A stretch of DNA of 64,000 nt from Octopus sinensis (Eukaryota), in NCBI RefSeq assembly GCF_006345805.1, contig NC_043023.1, positions 5,766,001 to 5,830,000 on the forward strand, read 5' to 3'. The first letter of the stretch is position 1. Every line of letters starts with the position of its first letter. Below are positions 27,126 to 40,945 of the stretch, one piece after another. The position numbers and the translations under genes are program-made. The notes beneath the pieces were generated by a model. It was not told the origin of the DNA. It saw nothing but the letters and a program-made list of their open reading frames with translations, and searched no databases.

Positions 27126-29169
27126 TATTTACATTATAGAAGAAGAAGAAGAAGAAGGAGGAGGAGGTGGAGGAGGTGGAAGAGGGGAGGAGGAGGAGAA
27201 GAAGAAGAAGAAGAAGAAGAAGAAGAAGAAGAAGGAGAAAGAGGAAGAAGAAGAGAGAAAGAAGAGGAAGAAGAAGAAGAAGAGAAGGAAGAGGAAGAGG
27301 GTGGAGGAGGAGGAGAGTGTGAGAAGGAGAAGAAGAAGAAGAAGAAGAAGAAGAAGAAGAAGAAGAGAAGAGAAGAAGAAGAAGAAGAAGAAGAAGAAGG
27401 GAATCAAGGAGACATTTAGTGGTGGATTTGAGAAGTATTTTGGTTGCTATTTTTAGCTGATAGAGAAACCATATAGAGGCTTCCTTGAGCTATACTCGAC
27501 TGTGCTAGAAATAGCAGTCAAATGTTCCTGAAATCAGCTAAACATCTTAATTAAAGATGAGAAAGAAAGAGAATAGAAATTAGAGGAAGGGTAAGAGGTA
27601 GGTAGTAAGCAATAGTGAGAGAGGTTCAATGAGTAAAGGCTGAAGGGGAGGAAGGGGAGTATAGTGACAATTTTAAGTGGAGAGGGAAGAGGAAAGACAA
27701 ATACGTTGAAAGGGAAAGAGAAAGAGAGAGAGAGACAGACAGACACAGAGAGAGAGGGTAAGGACGAGTAGAGTTATCTATCAGAGCTGAGAAGATGGTC
27801 AGATATAGCAGCAGTCATTAGTAAAGGAGGGGGAGAAAAAATTAGAAAGATAGAGAGAACGAAGGGGAGAAAGACGATGAAGAGAAAGAGAGAGATAGAG
27901 AGAGAGATCAGTAGTCATAAGCTAAAAACAGACAGACACACAGAGAGAAAAAGAGAGAGAGAAAAATTTAACGAAAGCAAGGAAGACTCGAGAGAGGAGG
28001 AGTTTGAGAAAGAGGGAAAATAAAGAACAAAGAGTAAGAAGGGGAGGATTGATTAGTAGTATCAGAAGCCGATTAATAGGTGGTGGGAGAGTAAATAGAA
28101 ACTATAAAGAGGGGGATAAAGGAGGGTAATGTATAAGCAGAGAAGGGAGGAGGGAAGAAAAGAGTAGCGGTCACACGTAAAAAAGTGAGTGGCAGAGCCG
28201 CTAGTCGGAGGGAAACGGAGAGGTATGGAGAGGTAATAGGTGAATGAGAGAGGAAGAGAGAGGGATGATAAAAAGAAGGAAAGAACAGAAGGGAAAAGGA
28301 ATTAAACAATGTTAGAGGGAAGGAGTGGAGGACAGAGGAGAGGGTTGTATTGAAATCAAGGAAGGGGAGAATATGTGAAACGACTGAGAGAGGGAAGAAG
28401 GGGAGGTTTAGTACTGACGTTAGAGTAGTGGTAGTAGAGAAGCGAGGAAGGGGGTACACATGCAACAATTAAAATATAGTGGGAGTAAGAAGGTTAAACG
28501 GTGTGATAGAGGCGAAAGGAGAAGAAAAGGGGGAGAAGTGAAAGTAGCTGTAAATAGGGAGAGGGAGAATGGGTAAAATAATTGAGAGAGGGTGGAAAAG
28601 CGAAAGGGAGATAATGATGAGGGGGAGATAGCTGTAATAATGCTAGAGGGGCCGAGTGGAAGGCGGAGGAGAGAGTTATATTGAAACCATGGAAAGGGAG
28701 AATATGTAAACAACAGAGAGAGAGGGAGGGAGAGGGAAGGGGAGGTTTAGTTTTAACGTTAGAGTAGTAACAGAAGAGGAGAGAGGAATATAGGGGAAAA
28801 CGAGAGAATGAGAAAGAGTAGTGAATTAGAGAAAGAGGGAGGAGGTAAAACGACTGAGAAAAGAGGGAAAGATCTGAGGGAGGAAAGGGAGAGAAATAAT
28901 GGTAAAGAAATATCGAAATCAGAGAAGGGGAGGCAATCATAAAATGAGAGGGAAAACAGTAAGGGCGGGAGGAGTAGAAAGAGAAAGCAAGAAGATAGCG
29001 AGAGAGTGGGAGTTCAAAAATCGATATTGACAGAGTGATTGGTGTAGGGGGTGGAAAGGGGGATTAGTGAAGTGAAAATATTGGAAAAACCGTCAGCAGC
29101 TTTAAGTGGTCAAGTGTTGACTATTATACACGGATCGATATTGAGTACAGTCCCAATATATCGATAAAC

Positions 29170-29430
<261 letters not shown>

Positions 29431-29655
29431 AATATGTATATCTATATCTATATCTATATATATATATTCTATTAAAATGTCTTACTGATGAGTCTCATTT
29501 CTTCATTTCCCTGAAGAGATTATATTGTTTTACACCATTTTATTCATTTGGAATAATACCAGTGATATCTTCGAAACATGTGTCAGAAGTAAAAGAATTT
29601 GAATAACACCTGCGTGTAACTCCATTTATATATATATGTGTGTGTGTGTGTGTGT

Positions 29656-29692
<37 letters not shown>

Positions 29693-29737
29693 GTGTGTGT
29701 GTGTGTGTATGTGTGTGTGTGTGTCTGTGTGTGTGTG

Positions 29738-30298
29738 TGTGAAGTATATATGCCACTTAAATGTGGCTAACCACTAAGGGTGGATGCTACTGTAGCTTGT
29801 AGCCCCAGGAGAACATCTTCTCCAGCTGGCTATTGACACACTTTCTGTGCCCTATCAGTATTTGCAAAGGGAAGCCATCCTTCACATCGTCGACCTGACG
29901 TGATACGCATGGACCCGGGTTTCTGGATATTTATCCGTCATCAGCGCACTACAATCACCGGTCTTCGATGCAAAAGTGTCCCAATGAAAATACATATATC
30001 CTTTTTCCAGTGACAAAAAGTCACTGATCTCGAAAAAGTGTAAAGAAGCAATAATAAATCTCTGAACGAGGCATAAACAGTAACTGCATGATAATGTGAA
30101 GTATATATGCCAGAAACCCGTGTCCGGGCATATCACGTCAGGTCGACGAGGTGAAGGATGGCTTCCCTTTGCAAATACTGATAGGGCACAGAAAGTGTGT
30201 CAATAACCAGCAGGAGAAGATGTTCTCCTGGGGCTACAAGCTACAGTAGCATCCACCCTTAGTGGTTAGCCACATTTAAGTGGCAAATATACTTCACA
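29738..30298. mobile_element. Inverted pair of about 190-bp elements (MITE-like)
   Basis: 29738-29925 is the near-perfect reverse complement of 30113-30298. The terminal motif TGTGAAGTATATATGCCA recurs at about 30095. Confidence 0.85.
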
Positions 30299-30862
30299 TT
30301 GTCGAGCAGCTACTGTTTATACCTTGTTCAGATAATTATTATTGTTTATATAGGATCTTTTCCTTTTGAACGGCATATGTCAACACAATTTCTAGTTAAC
30401 TAAACACTTTTAAACTTCGTACACTGGTAGAATGTGTTTATAAAACATCAGTTTTTCTTGGCTTTATTGAGAAAATTCTATAGTTTGTAAGATATTTGTA
30501 AGCATTTCGGCAATTTTAACCAATCGCTGGAGTCCATTTGGGGTGAAAATATTCCGTGCTGTATGAATATGTCCCTCCTTTAAGAAACAGATTGGGTTTA
30601 TTTACATTTGCGAAGAAAAAAAGATACCCTTCCCCCACCCCTAACCCTAACCCTAAAACAGGTTGAAATGTAATAGATCGATACTAGGGTTATAATTATG
30701 GGTGACAATTTCATACGACACCGCTTCGGAAAATGGGATTTTTTTCTAGCGGTGTCGACCAAAGCCTTGTGAGTGGATTTGGTAGATGGAAACTGAAAAA
30801 AGCCCGTCGTATATATGTATATATATATAATATAATATATAATATATATTATATATATATTG

Positions 30863-30893
<31 letters not shown>

Positions 30894-31329
30894 TGTGTGG
30901 GTGGTTGTGTGTGTGGTGTGATGTGTGTGTGTGCATGTGTGTTTGTATGTCTGTGCTTGTCCCATCCAACGTCGCTTGACAACCGATGCTGGTGTGTTTA
31001 TGTCCCCGTAACTTAGCAGTTCAGCAAAAAGAGACCGATAGAATAAGTACTGGGCTTACAAAAGAATAAGTCCCGGGGTCGAGTTGCTCGATTAAAGGCA
31101 GTGCTCCAGCATGGCCGCAGTCAAATGACTAAAAACAAGTAAAAGATTAAATGTCGGCCAAACTGGCTCCTCCTTTCTCTGCTTGTGTGAGGCTGCACTT
31201 CTCTCCACACTGCAGGCCTTTTTCCTTAATCAGTATTGCTATAGCTTTTGTTGTCTGTAGCTGTGTTTGCACTCCACTGCCAATAATGTTTTAATTAAAC
31301 ATGTGTATTTTGATGAACAGAAGTGAGAA

Positions 31330-31620
31330 ACCGATTTGGTTTATTGGATATATGATTGGAAAGATTAGTAGTAAAAAACTCCCATCAACTTGAGAGGCCT
31401 TTTTTTTTTTATCGCACACATGATAATAAAACAGTGAAGGAAACATCAGATATTGTGTATTCAGAAATAAATGAGATCTGGGACAATGCTAAGATAGGGA
31501 TCAGGGGCAAACAACATGTCCTTTTCAAGATTCGAAAAATATATGAACAATTTAGATCACTTCAAGAAACAGAATCAAGGAGAAATCAAAATCAAATTGC
31601 AAATGAAACCAAATTTAAAG
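31330..31620 (+). mobile_element. DNA transposase N-terminal remnant, possibly Spy-like
   Basis: Reads KKLPST*..FFY...KTVKETSDIVYSEINEIWDNAKIGIRGKQHVLFKIRKIYEQFRSLQ, which resembles from memory the LPS..VL..FF...W.KA.IP...K+.KLY..W..L.K N-termini of Spy-type transposases. The family call needs an HMM search. Confidence 0.5.
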
Positions 31621-32419
31621 ATTACTCTTTTACTTGTTTCAGTCATTTGACTGTGGCCATGCTGGAGCACTGCCTTTAGTTGAGCAAATCGACCCCAGGA
31701 CTTATTCTTTGTAAGTCTAGGACTTATTCTATCGGTCTCTTTTGCCAAACCGCTAAGTTACGGGGACGTAAACACACCAGCATTGGTTGTCAAGCGATAT
31801 TGGTGGGGGCCAAACACAGACATACACACAAACACACACACACACACATACACATACACACACACATACACACACACATACACACACACACACACACTGG
31901 TGTGTTTACATCCCTGTAACTTAGCGGTTCGGCAAAAGAGACCGATAGAATAAGTACTAGGCTTACAAAGAATAAGTCCTGGGTTTGATTTGCTCGACTA
32001 AACGCAGTGCTCCAGCATGGCTACAGTCAAATGACTGAAATAAGTAAAAGAGAGTAATCACATCATTGAGATCTTGAAGATGCAAGATAAAGCATAATTA
32101 ATTCAAAATATTGTGAATAAATGAGCATTATATTTGATAGAGCCACCTGAATGCTAAAGGGTTAAACTGGACAGATCTGACCATATTTTACTTGTTTTAT
32201 GTTCAAACTGGCCAGATCAGGCCTTTCATACCTACCCTACAATGTCATTCTAAAAATAGACAATCACATCATTGAAATCTCAAAACTATGAGATGATTAC
32301 TCTTTTACTCTTTTATTTGTTTCAGTCATTTGACTGCAGCCATGCTGGAGCACCGCCATTATAGTTGAGCAAATTGACCCCAGGAATTATTCTTTGCATT
32401 GGGGTTTTTGAAAGTCTGG

Positions 32420-33830
32420 TAGTGTTGGGTTATTCTTTTTTTAATTCATTTGCTGTAGATCCTATATATACCTTATTTATATATTTATCATTATTATTAT
32501 TATTAGAACTTACTATACATTTATAAATTACATTGTCAATATTACAATTATTAGAAAGCTCACATTTAGTCTTATCACAACATGAACATTTATCAATATG
32601 TGGATTATGACTTCCATTACTAGCAGTTATATTATAGCTACAGCTATTATTTATTGTGCTGTTATAATAATTATTTAATTTCTTATTATTTATTGAGGAG
32701 ATGATATTGCCTACACTCCTCAATGCTGAGTAGCCCACTTTTAGGTTTTTATTGGAAATTATATTAGAATAAATGCTGTCCTTTTTAAAAGACACATTTA
32801 CAATTTTTGGTATCTCCTTAATAATATTAGTTATCACTTGAGCCTCATATGGGATAATTAACCATATAATATCCTTTTTATGTATAATCATTATTATTAG
32901 ACACTATCGGTATCAAAGTGTTATTTGTAGGTGTTTTATATCTTCTTTTATTTAATGTATTATGTTTCTTATTATTGATCATATTTTCATTATCAGTATT
33001 ACCACTATTATTATTATTGTTATCATTAATAATAAATATATTATTTTTTATTTTATTTAGTTTCTTATATTGTCTTTTATTATTATTATTCCTATTTTTG
33101 CTATTTGAATGAGTATTAGGATTACCTGTTGTATTATTAAGGTGTTTGTAATATGGGGCATGTCTATTAAAAGTTTCATAATCAGAGGATAGCATAGATA
33201 TTCTTTTGCCTATATTATCTATTAAAGCTTCTTTAACTGATCTAGGATGGTTACTGAGAGAACTAATGTACATTAAATTTTCATTCAGTTTATAGAATGG
33301 ATGAATCTTATTAGTGACAAGATTAAGGTTGACATCTAGGTAAATTACAGCATAGTATTCATTCTCTATACATATACCTAAGCCAAAATTCTTTAAAAAC
33401 TTATACAATTTCTTCTTAAGATTTTATAAGGACCCTACTAGTATAGTTCCTGGTTATAAGTAGTAGGTTGTTCCTATAAAGACTACTCTCAATATTCATA
33501 AATTCCATCTCTAGTTCAGATAAAAGATATAATCCAACAAGATCGGTAACTTGGGCAGAATCAGGGGCATCCATGGTATATCAAAACAATCACTTGTGTT
33601 TTTTCTTGCCTATAGTTTATCTTTATATTTTATTATAGATTTCCTCATGGCTAATACTACTTTGGTTTCTTCAAATGACATATTTAATTTTCTCATGGCA
33701 TATGATAGGGCCTTATTTAGAACCACTTCATTGATATATAAATATTTTAAAATCATCACCCCACTGCACGAAATGTTGATGTGGAATGCACAGTATGTAT
33801 TCTCCATATTGAAATGCATGTAATGCTGAA
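32420..33830 (-). mobile_element. Penelope-like retroelement (RT plus GIY-YIG endonuclease), pseudogenised
   Basis: Minus-strand fragments: FDIPMDAPDSAQVTDLVGLYLL...SLYRNNLL (the YRDD box decayed to YRNN); YLDVNLNL...HPFYKLN..LMYISSLSNHP (RT thumb); C-S-C..TKCELSNNC..NVIYKC..KVYIGST (GIY-YIG). Confidence 0.88.
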
Positions 33831-33899
33831 GGGTGTGTGCCTGATACATTTGGAAATTCGTTTTCCTACATTATTCAAATATATATATATATAATTTAA

Positions 33900-34020
33900 G
33901 AAGAACCTATCAGCGGACCAGACCAAATTTTCTATAGAAAACAAACAAAAACAAATACTATTGCTAAACATTCAGGTTAACAGAAATTTAATCTCGACGG
34001 TTATAAGAAAAACTAGATTA
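33900..34020 (+). mobile_element. Second, oppositely oriented Penelope-type RT fragment
   Basis: Reads TKFSIENKQKQILLLNIQVNRNLISTVIRKT, resembling the IKFT.E....LPFLD+.+.R....T.VYRKPT motif. Short and decayed. Confidence 0.45.
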
Positions 34021-34033
34021 ATATGTTTTTTAG

Positions 34034-34067
<34 letters not shown>

Positions 34068-34271
34068 TATGTTTGACTTTTGCTTTATATTTGTACAAGT
34101 TGGCTCCAAGTCTCACCCAGAGACCTCAAGAGACAACAGGTTGGAAGTTCATGTAGTTGTTATGCCTAGTGTGCCATATATTTGGTTTTGTATTTAGTGT
34201 TGTACTAGTGAATGTCTTTAAAAAAAACGAAAATAATGTTTGTTTTAAAACTTGAGATTACATAGAAAGTA

Positions 34272-34334
<63 letters not shown>

Positions 34335-34693
34335 TATACCTATCTGAGTTTTTGTTTTTCTCCTATATATACATTAATATATTTCGTGTGCATAGTTTGG
34401 ATGTATGTAGGTTTGTGTGTATGCGTATGTTCCTTTGTCCGTGTGTATATACATATATGTGCGTGTCTGTGTATGTGTATATATATATATTTGTGTAGGT
34501 GTATACGTGTGTATTTCCTGTGAATTAATTTTTCCTTCGTGTATTTTTTATACATCTAGAATTATCTCCCCTACACTATAACACTCATTGACCCAGAAAT
34601 ATTTCTAATTAAAATATTCGTTCTTATTTACAGTTATTTATCAACAAGTTCTTTTTTCTAACGGCCGTATGTATTTTTCTCTATAAAACTTTA

Positions 34694-35067
34694 GGCGATC
34701 TTTCGTCTCTAGTAGACCTTTCCGTCGAAGTAATATACATACATACATACATATACACATACACCGAGTAAAAAATTCAGTTATCTCTTTCTTTCACACA
34801 TTACTCTGTCTCTTCACACACACTAACAGAAGCACTTCACTTACACAACATACTGTCCGTCTCCCACACCCCATCAAACACACACACATGTACATCAATG
34901 CTTACCATGCACGGTAACTTCAAAAGAACTTCCCTCGTCATACAATCGCTTTCTCTTAGTCTCTTTCGCTCTCATTACTTCAAAAGTTCCCGCAAGCCCA
35001 TTTGCAAAAAAAAAAAAAAAATTTTACGGAAATCGACGGAAAGGTCTACTAGAGACGAAAGATTGCC
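34694..35067. mobile_element. Probable MITE with 35-bp TIRs
   Basis: GGCGATCTTTCGTCTCTAGTAGACCTTTCCGTCGA (34694-34728) versus TCGACGGAAAGGTCTACTAGAGACGAAAGATTGCC (35033-35067), one mismatch. Confidence 0.65.
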
Positions 35068-35577
35068 AAACTTTAAAATTCTCTTCATTGCTTACCACCC
35101 ATAACTGTTCATACACTGAAACAAAATTTAAATATACCTATCGAATCCTGCAAGATGCTTACCGTTATTATCCGTTGGTCAGACTAGTTTATAGTTAATT
35201 ACTCAGGTAGACTCGAAAATACATTAACATGTCCTTGTTTCTCTTCCTTTCCCCCCTTTTATAAGTTATTTGCAAATATCCAATCAGCTTACCTGATATA
35301 ACCTCTTTGTTTTACCTTCTAGATTTTTTTACTATTTTGGTAATACCTTTTTTGAAGTTTTCCTTTAATTTTTTACACTGATGAGAATGGTAATACATAA
35401 CTACTTTTATTATTTCTGAGTTCAAATTCCGCCGAGGTCGACTTTGCCTTTCATCCTTTCGGGGGTCGATAAATTAAGTACCAGTTACGCACTAGGGTCG
35501 ATGTAATCGACTTAATCCGTTTGTCTGTCCTTGTTTGTCCCCTCTGTGTTTAGCCCCTTGTGGGTAGTAAAGAAATA

Positions 35578-35632
<55 letters not shown>

Positions 35633-36665
35633 ATTAATGGGTCAATATAAAGATCTTCACCGGTCATAACTTTCGGTGAAATGGATATATATTGATTTTT
35701 TTATGGAATCCACGTTTTTGGTTATGGAGGATCCGATTCTGAGAAAAAAAATTTCAAAAATCGCATTTTCAAAATTCCCCTACCCCTCTACCACCACCCC
35801 TTCATTTTTCACTTTTTCCGGATTTTTATTATTATTTTTTTTTTTGCAGAATACGTAGAAAAATACGAAGATTACGATTCTCAAAAAAATTTGTTTGTAA
35901 AATTTCAATTTTTCAACAAAAAAATATAGGAGTGGTGGCTGTGTGGTAAGTAGCTTGCTTACCAACCACATGGTTCCGGGTTCAGTTCCACTGCGTGGCT
36001 CCTTGGGCGAGTGTCCTCGACTATAGCCTCAGAATGACCAAAGCTTGTGACTAGATTTGGTAGACGGAAACTGAAAGAAGCCTGTCGTATATATGTATAT
36101 GTATATATATGTGTGTGTGTTTGTGTGTCTGTGTTTGTACCCCCTCCCCCACATCGCTTGACAACCGATGCTGGTGTGTTTACGTCCCCGTAATTTGTGT
36201 TTATTTTTTCCATATTCTTAATCTCCGTATTTTCCCACATAGATTGATTGAAAAAAAAATAGTTTGAAAAAAGTTTAAAAAGTTCTTTTTTTTTTAAAAA
36301 AAAAGAAACCCACTTTAACTTCATACGAATTACTTTGTCATATTACTTCGGGAAATTAGTTTTGTGAGATTTGGCTGTTATTTCTACCATGTGGATAGCC
36401 TGATTGAAGGTTGAGGATATATATTCTTTTTCTTTTTTATTTTTGTTGAAAAATTGAAATTTTATAAAATTTTATTCAGAATCGTAATCTTTGTATTTTT
36501 CTACATATTTCGAAAAAAAAAAAAAAAAAAAAAAATTTCCAGAAAAAGTGAAAAATGAAGGGGTGGGAGATGAATTTTTAAAATGCGATTTTTGAAAATT
36601 TTTGCTTCAGAATCGGATCCTCCATAACCAAAAACGTGGGATTCCGTAAAAAAAATCAATATATA

Positions 36666-37070
36666 GGCGCAGGAGTGGCTGTGTGGTAAGTAGCTTGCTT
36701 ACCAACCACATGGTTCCGGGTTCAGTCCCACTGCGTGGCATCTTGGGCAAGTGTCTTCTGCTATAGCCCCGGGCCGACCAATGCTTTGTGAGTGGATTTG
36801 GTAGACGGAAACTGAAAGAAGCCTGTCGTATATATGTATATATATGTATGTGTGTGTGTGTGTCTGTGTTTGTCCCCCTAGCATTGCTTAACAACAGTTG
36901 CTGGTGTGTTTACGTCCCCGTTACTTAGCGGTTCGGCAAAAGAGACCGATAGAATAAGTTCTAGGCTTACAAAAGTATAAGTCCTGGGGTCGATTTGCTC
37001 GACTAAAGGCGGTGCTCCAGCATGGCCGCAGTCAAATGACTGAAACAAGTAAAAGAGTAAAAGAGTAAAG
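36666..37070 (+). mobile_element. SINE family A
   Basis: Full copy ggcgcaggagtggctgtgtgg...aaacaagtaaaagagtaaaagag. Confidence 0.9.
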
Positions 37071-37615
37071 AGTATATCAATATATATTAGTTTATAGTTT
37101 ATTACACAGACAGACTCGAAAATACATTAACATGTCCTTGTTTTTCTTCCTTTTACAAGTTATTTGCAAATATCCGGTCAGCTTGTCTGATATAACCTCT
37201 TTGTTATATAACCTTCTTACCAAATCCACTCACAAGTTATGGCGGAAAAATCGGATCTTGTGAATTTTCCGAAAGTCCCTCCCCGCCGCCACCACCCCAG
37301 GGTCGTTAGCGCTCATTTTTTTTTTTTTTTTTTCGTTTTCGTTTTCTACATACTTGTTAACACCCACCAGACTGGGTTTTTAAAAAAATTCCTGGGTGAA
37401 GCTCTTTATATCAACCTTTTTGATATCTCTTCTCCATTTTTATAATTGTTTGTAGGGTTTTATATAAGATTTTATCTTATATGTGTCTACAACGAACTTT
37501 TACTTGTTATTTTCATATTTTAATTACTGGCTATCATTTTGATATGATGAATATTTATTAGAAATATTTGTTTTTGGACTCGACAAAATGTTTGAATTGT
37601 TCCACTTGAACTTAT

Positions 37616-37686
<71 letters not shown>

Positions 37687-38057
37687 CTCTCTCTCTTCTC
37701 TCTCTCTCTATCTCACACACACACACATATATATACGACGGGCTTCTTTCAGTTTCCGTCTACCAAATCCACTCACATGGCTTTGGTCGACCCAAGGCTA
37801 TAGTAGAAGACACTTGCCCAAGATGCCACACAGTGGAACTGAACAAGTAATCATGTGGTTGGGAAGCAAACTACTTCCCACACAGCCACTCTTCCACCCA
37901 TGGCCATTACCTATAACTGCATTTTTCATTTGATCGTGGATCTATCTAATTCATTCCTATTTGACTCTGATCCTTCCCTCATTCTTGACAAACTGGAATA
38001 CATTAATATCATCGATTGTGGACTTTCCCATCACTTTTACATCGCTCTGGCTTCTCC

Positions 38058-38145
38058 CCCTCTGATGATGGAATACTCGATCTATGGAACCCTTACTCAA
38101 TATGATGATCCACACACTTGGCTATTCTAGAAACAATCGTAAAAT
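38058..38145 (+). ncRNA. Degenerate hammerhead-like motif
   Basis: CTGATGA-TGGAATA[loop]TATTCTA-GAAA-CAATCG-TA; stem I is largely lost. Confidence 0.4.
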
Positions 38146-38182
38146 ACTCTGTATTTTACAATTCTAAATTCTCTAAATTAGA

Positions 38183-38573
38183 CTCTAACAGTATCGCCCG
38201 GCGTTGCTCGGGTTTGTTTCGACCCTTTAGAATTGGAATTTTTGAAAAGTAAAAATTTTGCATTATGTAGCTTGCTCTTCTCTTTAAGTGAACATTTTTC
38301 TAGTTGAAATACACCGAAAAATGTCGACACAGCAGTCAAAAAAATCGTAAAAATCGGGATTTTCATAGAAAAAAAGCATCTTTTTGATGTAAATAATTTT
38401 TGGTGTTAACATGGTCCGATTTGAATTTTTTCTTCTACAGAAGGAAGAGCAAGCCTTCTTCTATCATGCTCTCAATTTTGATCAACTTGCGCCGCAGGGT
38501 TTCGGAGGAGATAGTGTTAGTTGAAGGCTACCAAACATGCCATACACAGACAACTTCAGCTTTATATAGAGAG
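38183..38573 (-). mobile_element. Non-autonomous Helitron-like element
   Basis: On the + strand it runs gtatcgcccggcgttgctcggg...cagacaacttcagctttatataga, the reverse of the same end architecture. Confidence 0.7.
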
Positions 38574-39377
38574 CGATTTAGAGAATTTACGATAACATTC
38601 TATATTGTAAATTCTAAACTCTATATTCTCTGAAGTAAATGTCTTTTTCAAGTGACGCTTAGCGGTTTATTTTTTCATTTTTACCTTTATCCTCATCTAC
38701 CAGCTCAAAGAAAAACCACTTATAGCCACTTCTGATGGATAGTCTCAACAACACACATTCAGTTACAGTTCAAACCGGAGTTTTATTGGTAAACCAAATG
38801 GAGCACCCATAGTACATACCTATTACTTTATGTCAGTTGACAAATGCTCCTTACATATTCTATGTATATATACTTTTTTTACTTGTTTCAGTCATTTGAC
38901 TGTGGCCATACTGGAGCACCACCTTAAAGGGTTTTAGTCAAAGAAATCAAACCTAGTACTTATTCTATTGGTCTCTTTTGCTGCACCGCTTAGTTACGGG
39001 GTTTTATATCCTTCTATATGTTGGATATACAGATTTTATGAAGTGAAGATAGACACAGCTGTCTACGTGACATACTTCAAATTATTCCACTAAACACGAT
39101 TCTCCAATAAATACAAATTCTCATAGATCTCTATGACTTCCACGAACTCTCAACAACTCCTACGACTTTTCTCGTCTCAACCAATACACTACTTTTTATA
39201 AGAGTTCCGCTAGTCCATTCTTCCAATCCCACAGGGGTGTCAATGACTCTTGCCACAAGATTGGAACATAAACATACCAGCATCAGTTGTCAAGCAATGG
39301 CAGGGTGACAAGACCGCGTGTGTACCGTTGGCGATTTTTTCCTCCGTCTTCCCTTCCTTGGATCTTTCCTCTTCCTA

Positions 39378-39413
39378 TGTTTCTGACGAAGAGCTCCGCT
39401 CGAAACGTTAAAT
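39378..39413 (+). ncRNA. Compact hammerhead-like motif in a Penelope-type terminal repeat
   Basis: TTT-CTGACGA-A-GAGC TCC GCTC-GAAA-CG-TT^AAA. A mutated reverse copy lies at about 62218-62250 and a decayed one near 1200-1230. Confidence 0.5.
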
Positions 39414-39501
39414 CCTCCTTCCTTCTTTCCTTTCCTGAGCGCCCAATAACACTATACTTGTTCCACGTCCTCGTGTTGTGTTTTCATGTTTGGATTAACT
39501 T

Positions 39502-39534
<33 letters not shown>

Positions 39535-39542
39535 TATATATA

Positions 39543-39597
<55 letters not shown>

Positions 39598-39899
39598 CAC
39601 CGCGTTCATAATGGTGTGCATTCAAGCAATGATTAGTAAATTCACGAAACCGGTATGCTTTTGAATCTCTTAACAATTCACAATAATGACTTTTATTACT
39701 TTTACTTTATTCCTACCTCAGTTCATCTAATTGTATATATCTATCGTTACTTTTCATAAAAATCCTTTACTTTTTTTGATTTCCAATGTGCATTTTCGCT
39801 TATTTCTCTTCTTACTTTCCCCTTACATTTCCACATGTAGTTTCTATTTTCTTTTTGTAATATATTTCTATTATATATATACATACATACATACATATG

Positions 39900-39939
<40 letters not shown>

Positions 39940-39952
39940 TTATATATTATAT

Positions 39953-39985
<33 letters not shown>

Positions 39986-40401
39986 CTATATATATTTATT
40001 AATCATATAGGGTGGCAGAAAAAAATTGTAGAATTCTTTTTGCCACCAGCGGCCTAGTGGGAAAAATTAAATAGTCATAGACCATTTTTAAGTTCAACAT
40101 CAACAATCAAGGAACGGCCATGATATTACCTTGGCAGGGTTTGAAATGCCTCGTGAAAATATCTGTTCCGACTTGGCTATTTCTTGCTGAGAATCTGAGG
40201 GCCTATGGAAGATTGGCTTGATTTAATTTAATCAGGTTAGTTTACCATTAAACAGCAGATGAAACGGTGCATCGTACAAGAAATTACAGGGTAAATTTTT
40301 TTAAATTTTCTCCTGTTTACGGAATTAATCTTTATTTGCGGTGAAGCTTTGGCTGTTATTTCTAGTGGGTGAATGGCCTATCATGGCCGTTCCTTGATTG
40401 T

Positions 40402-40451
<50 letters not shown>

Positions 40452-40547
40452 TATTATATATATACATACATACATACATACATACATACTACATACATTC
40501 ATGCATACATACATACATACATATATTTAATATACATATATATATTA

Positions 40548-40945
40548 TAATAGCAGTATCCCCGGCGTTGCTCGGGTTTGTAAGGGGAAATAACTATAAA
40601 GCATTTTTAGAGAGTTATAGCCAAAAATAGCAAAAAAATGCATTAAAAATGGAAACAAAATTATGGTAAATTTTTTTTAAATCGTTGACTCATCGTAACA
40701 TTTTAGAGAGTTACTCCCCTTATATAATAGCGAAAAAATGCATTAAAATGGAAAAAAATGATAGTAAATTATTTTTAAAATCGTAGACTCATCGTAGACG
40801 CGCGCTAATACCCAGAAGGGCCCGATATGAATCACGACTATAAGATACCCGGTTTTGGTTAAACTGCACCGCAAAATGTGGGAGTAGTTAGGAATCTAAA
40901 TCGTAGGAGACAGACACACAACCTTACTTTTATATATAAAGATAT
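40548..40945 (-). mobile_element. Non-autonomous Helitron-like element
   Basis: On the + strand it runs tagcagtatccccggcgttgctcggg...cagacacacaaccttacttttatatataaagat. Confidence 0.7.
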
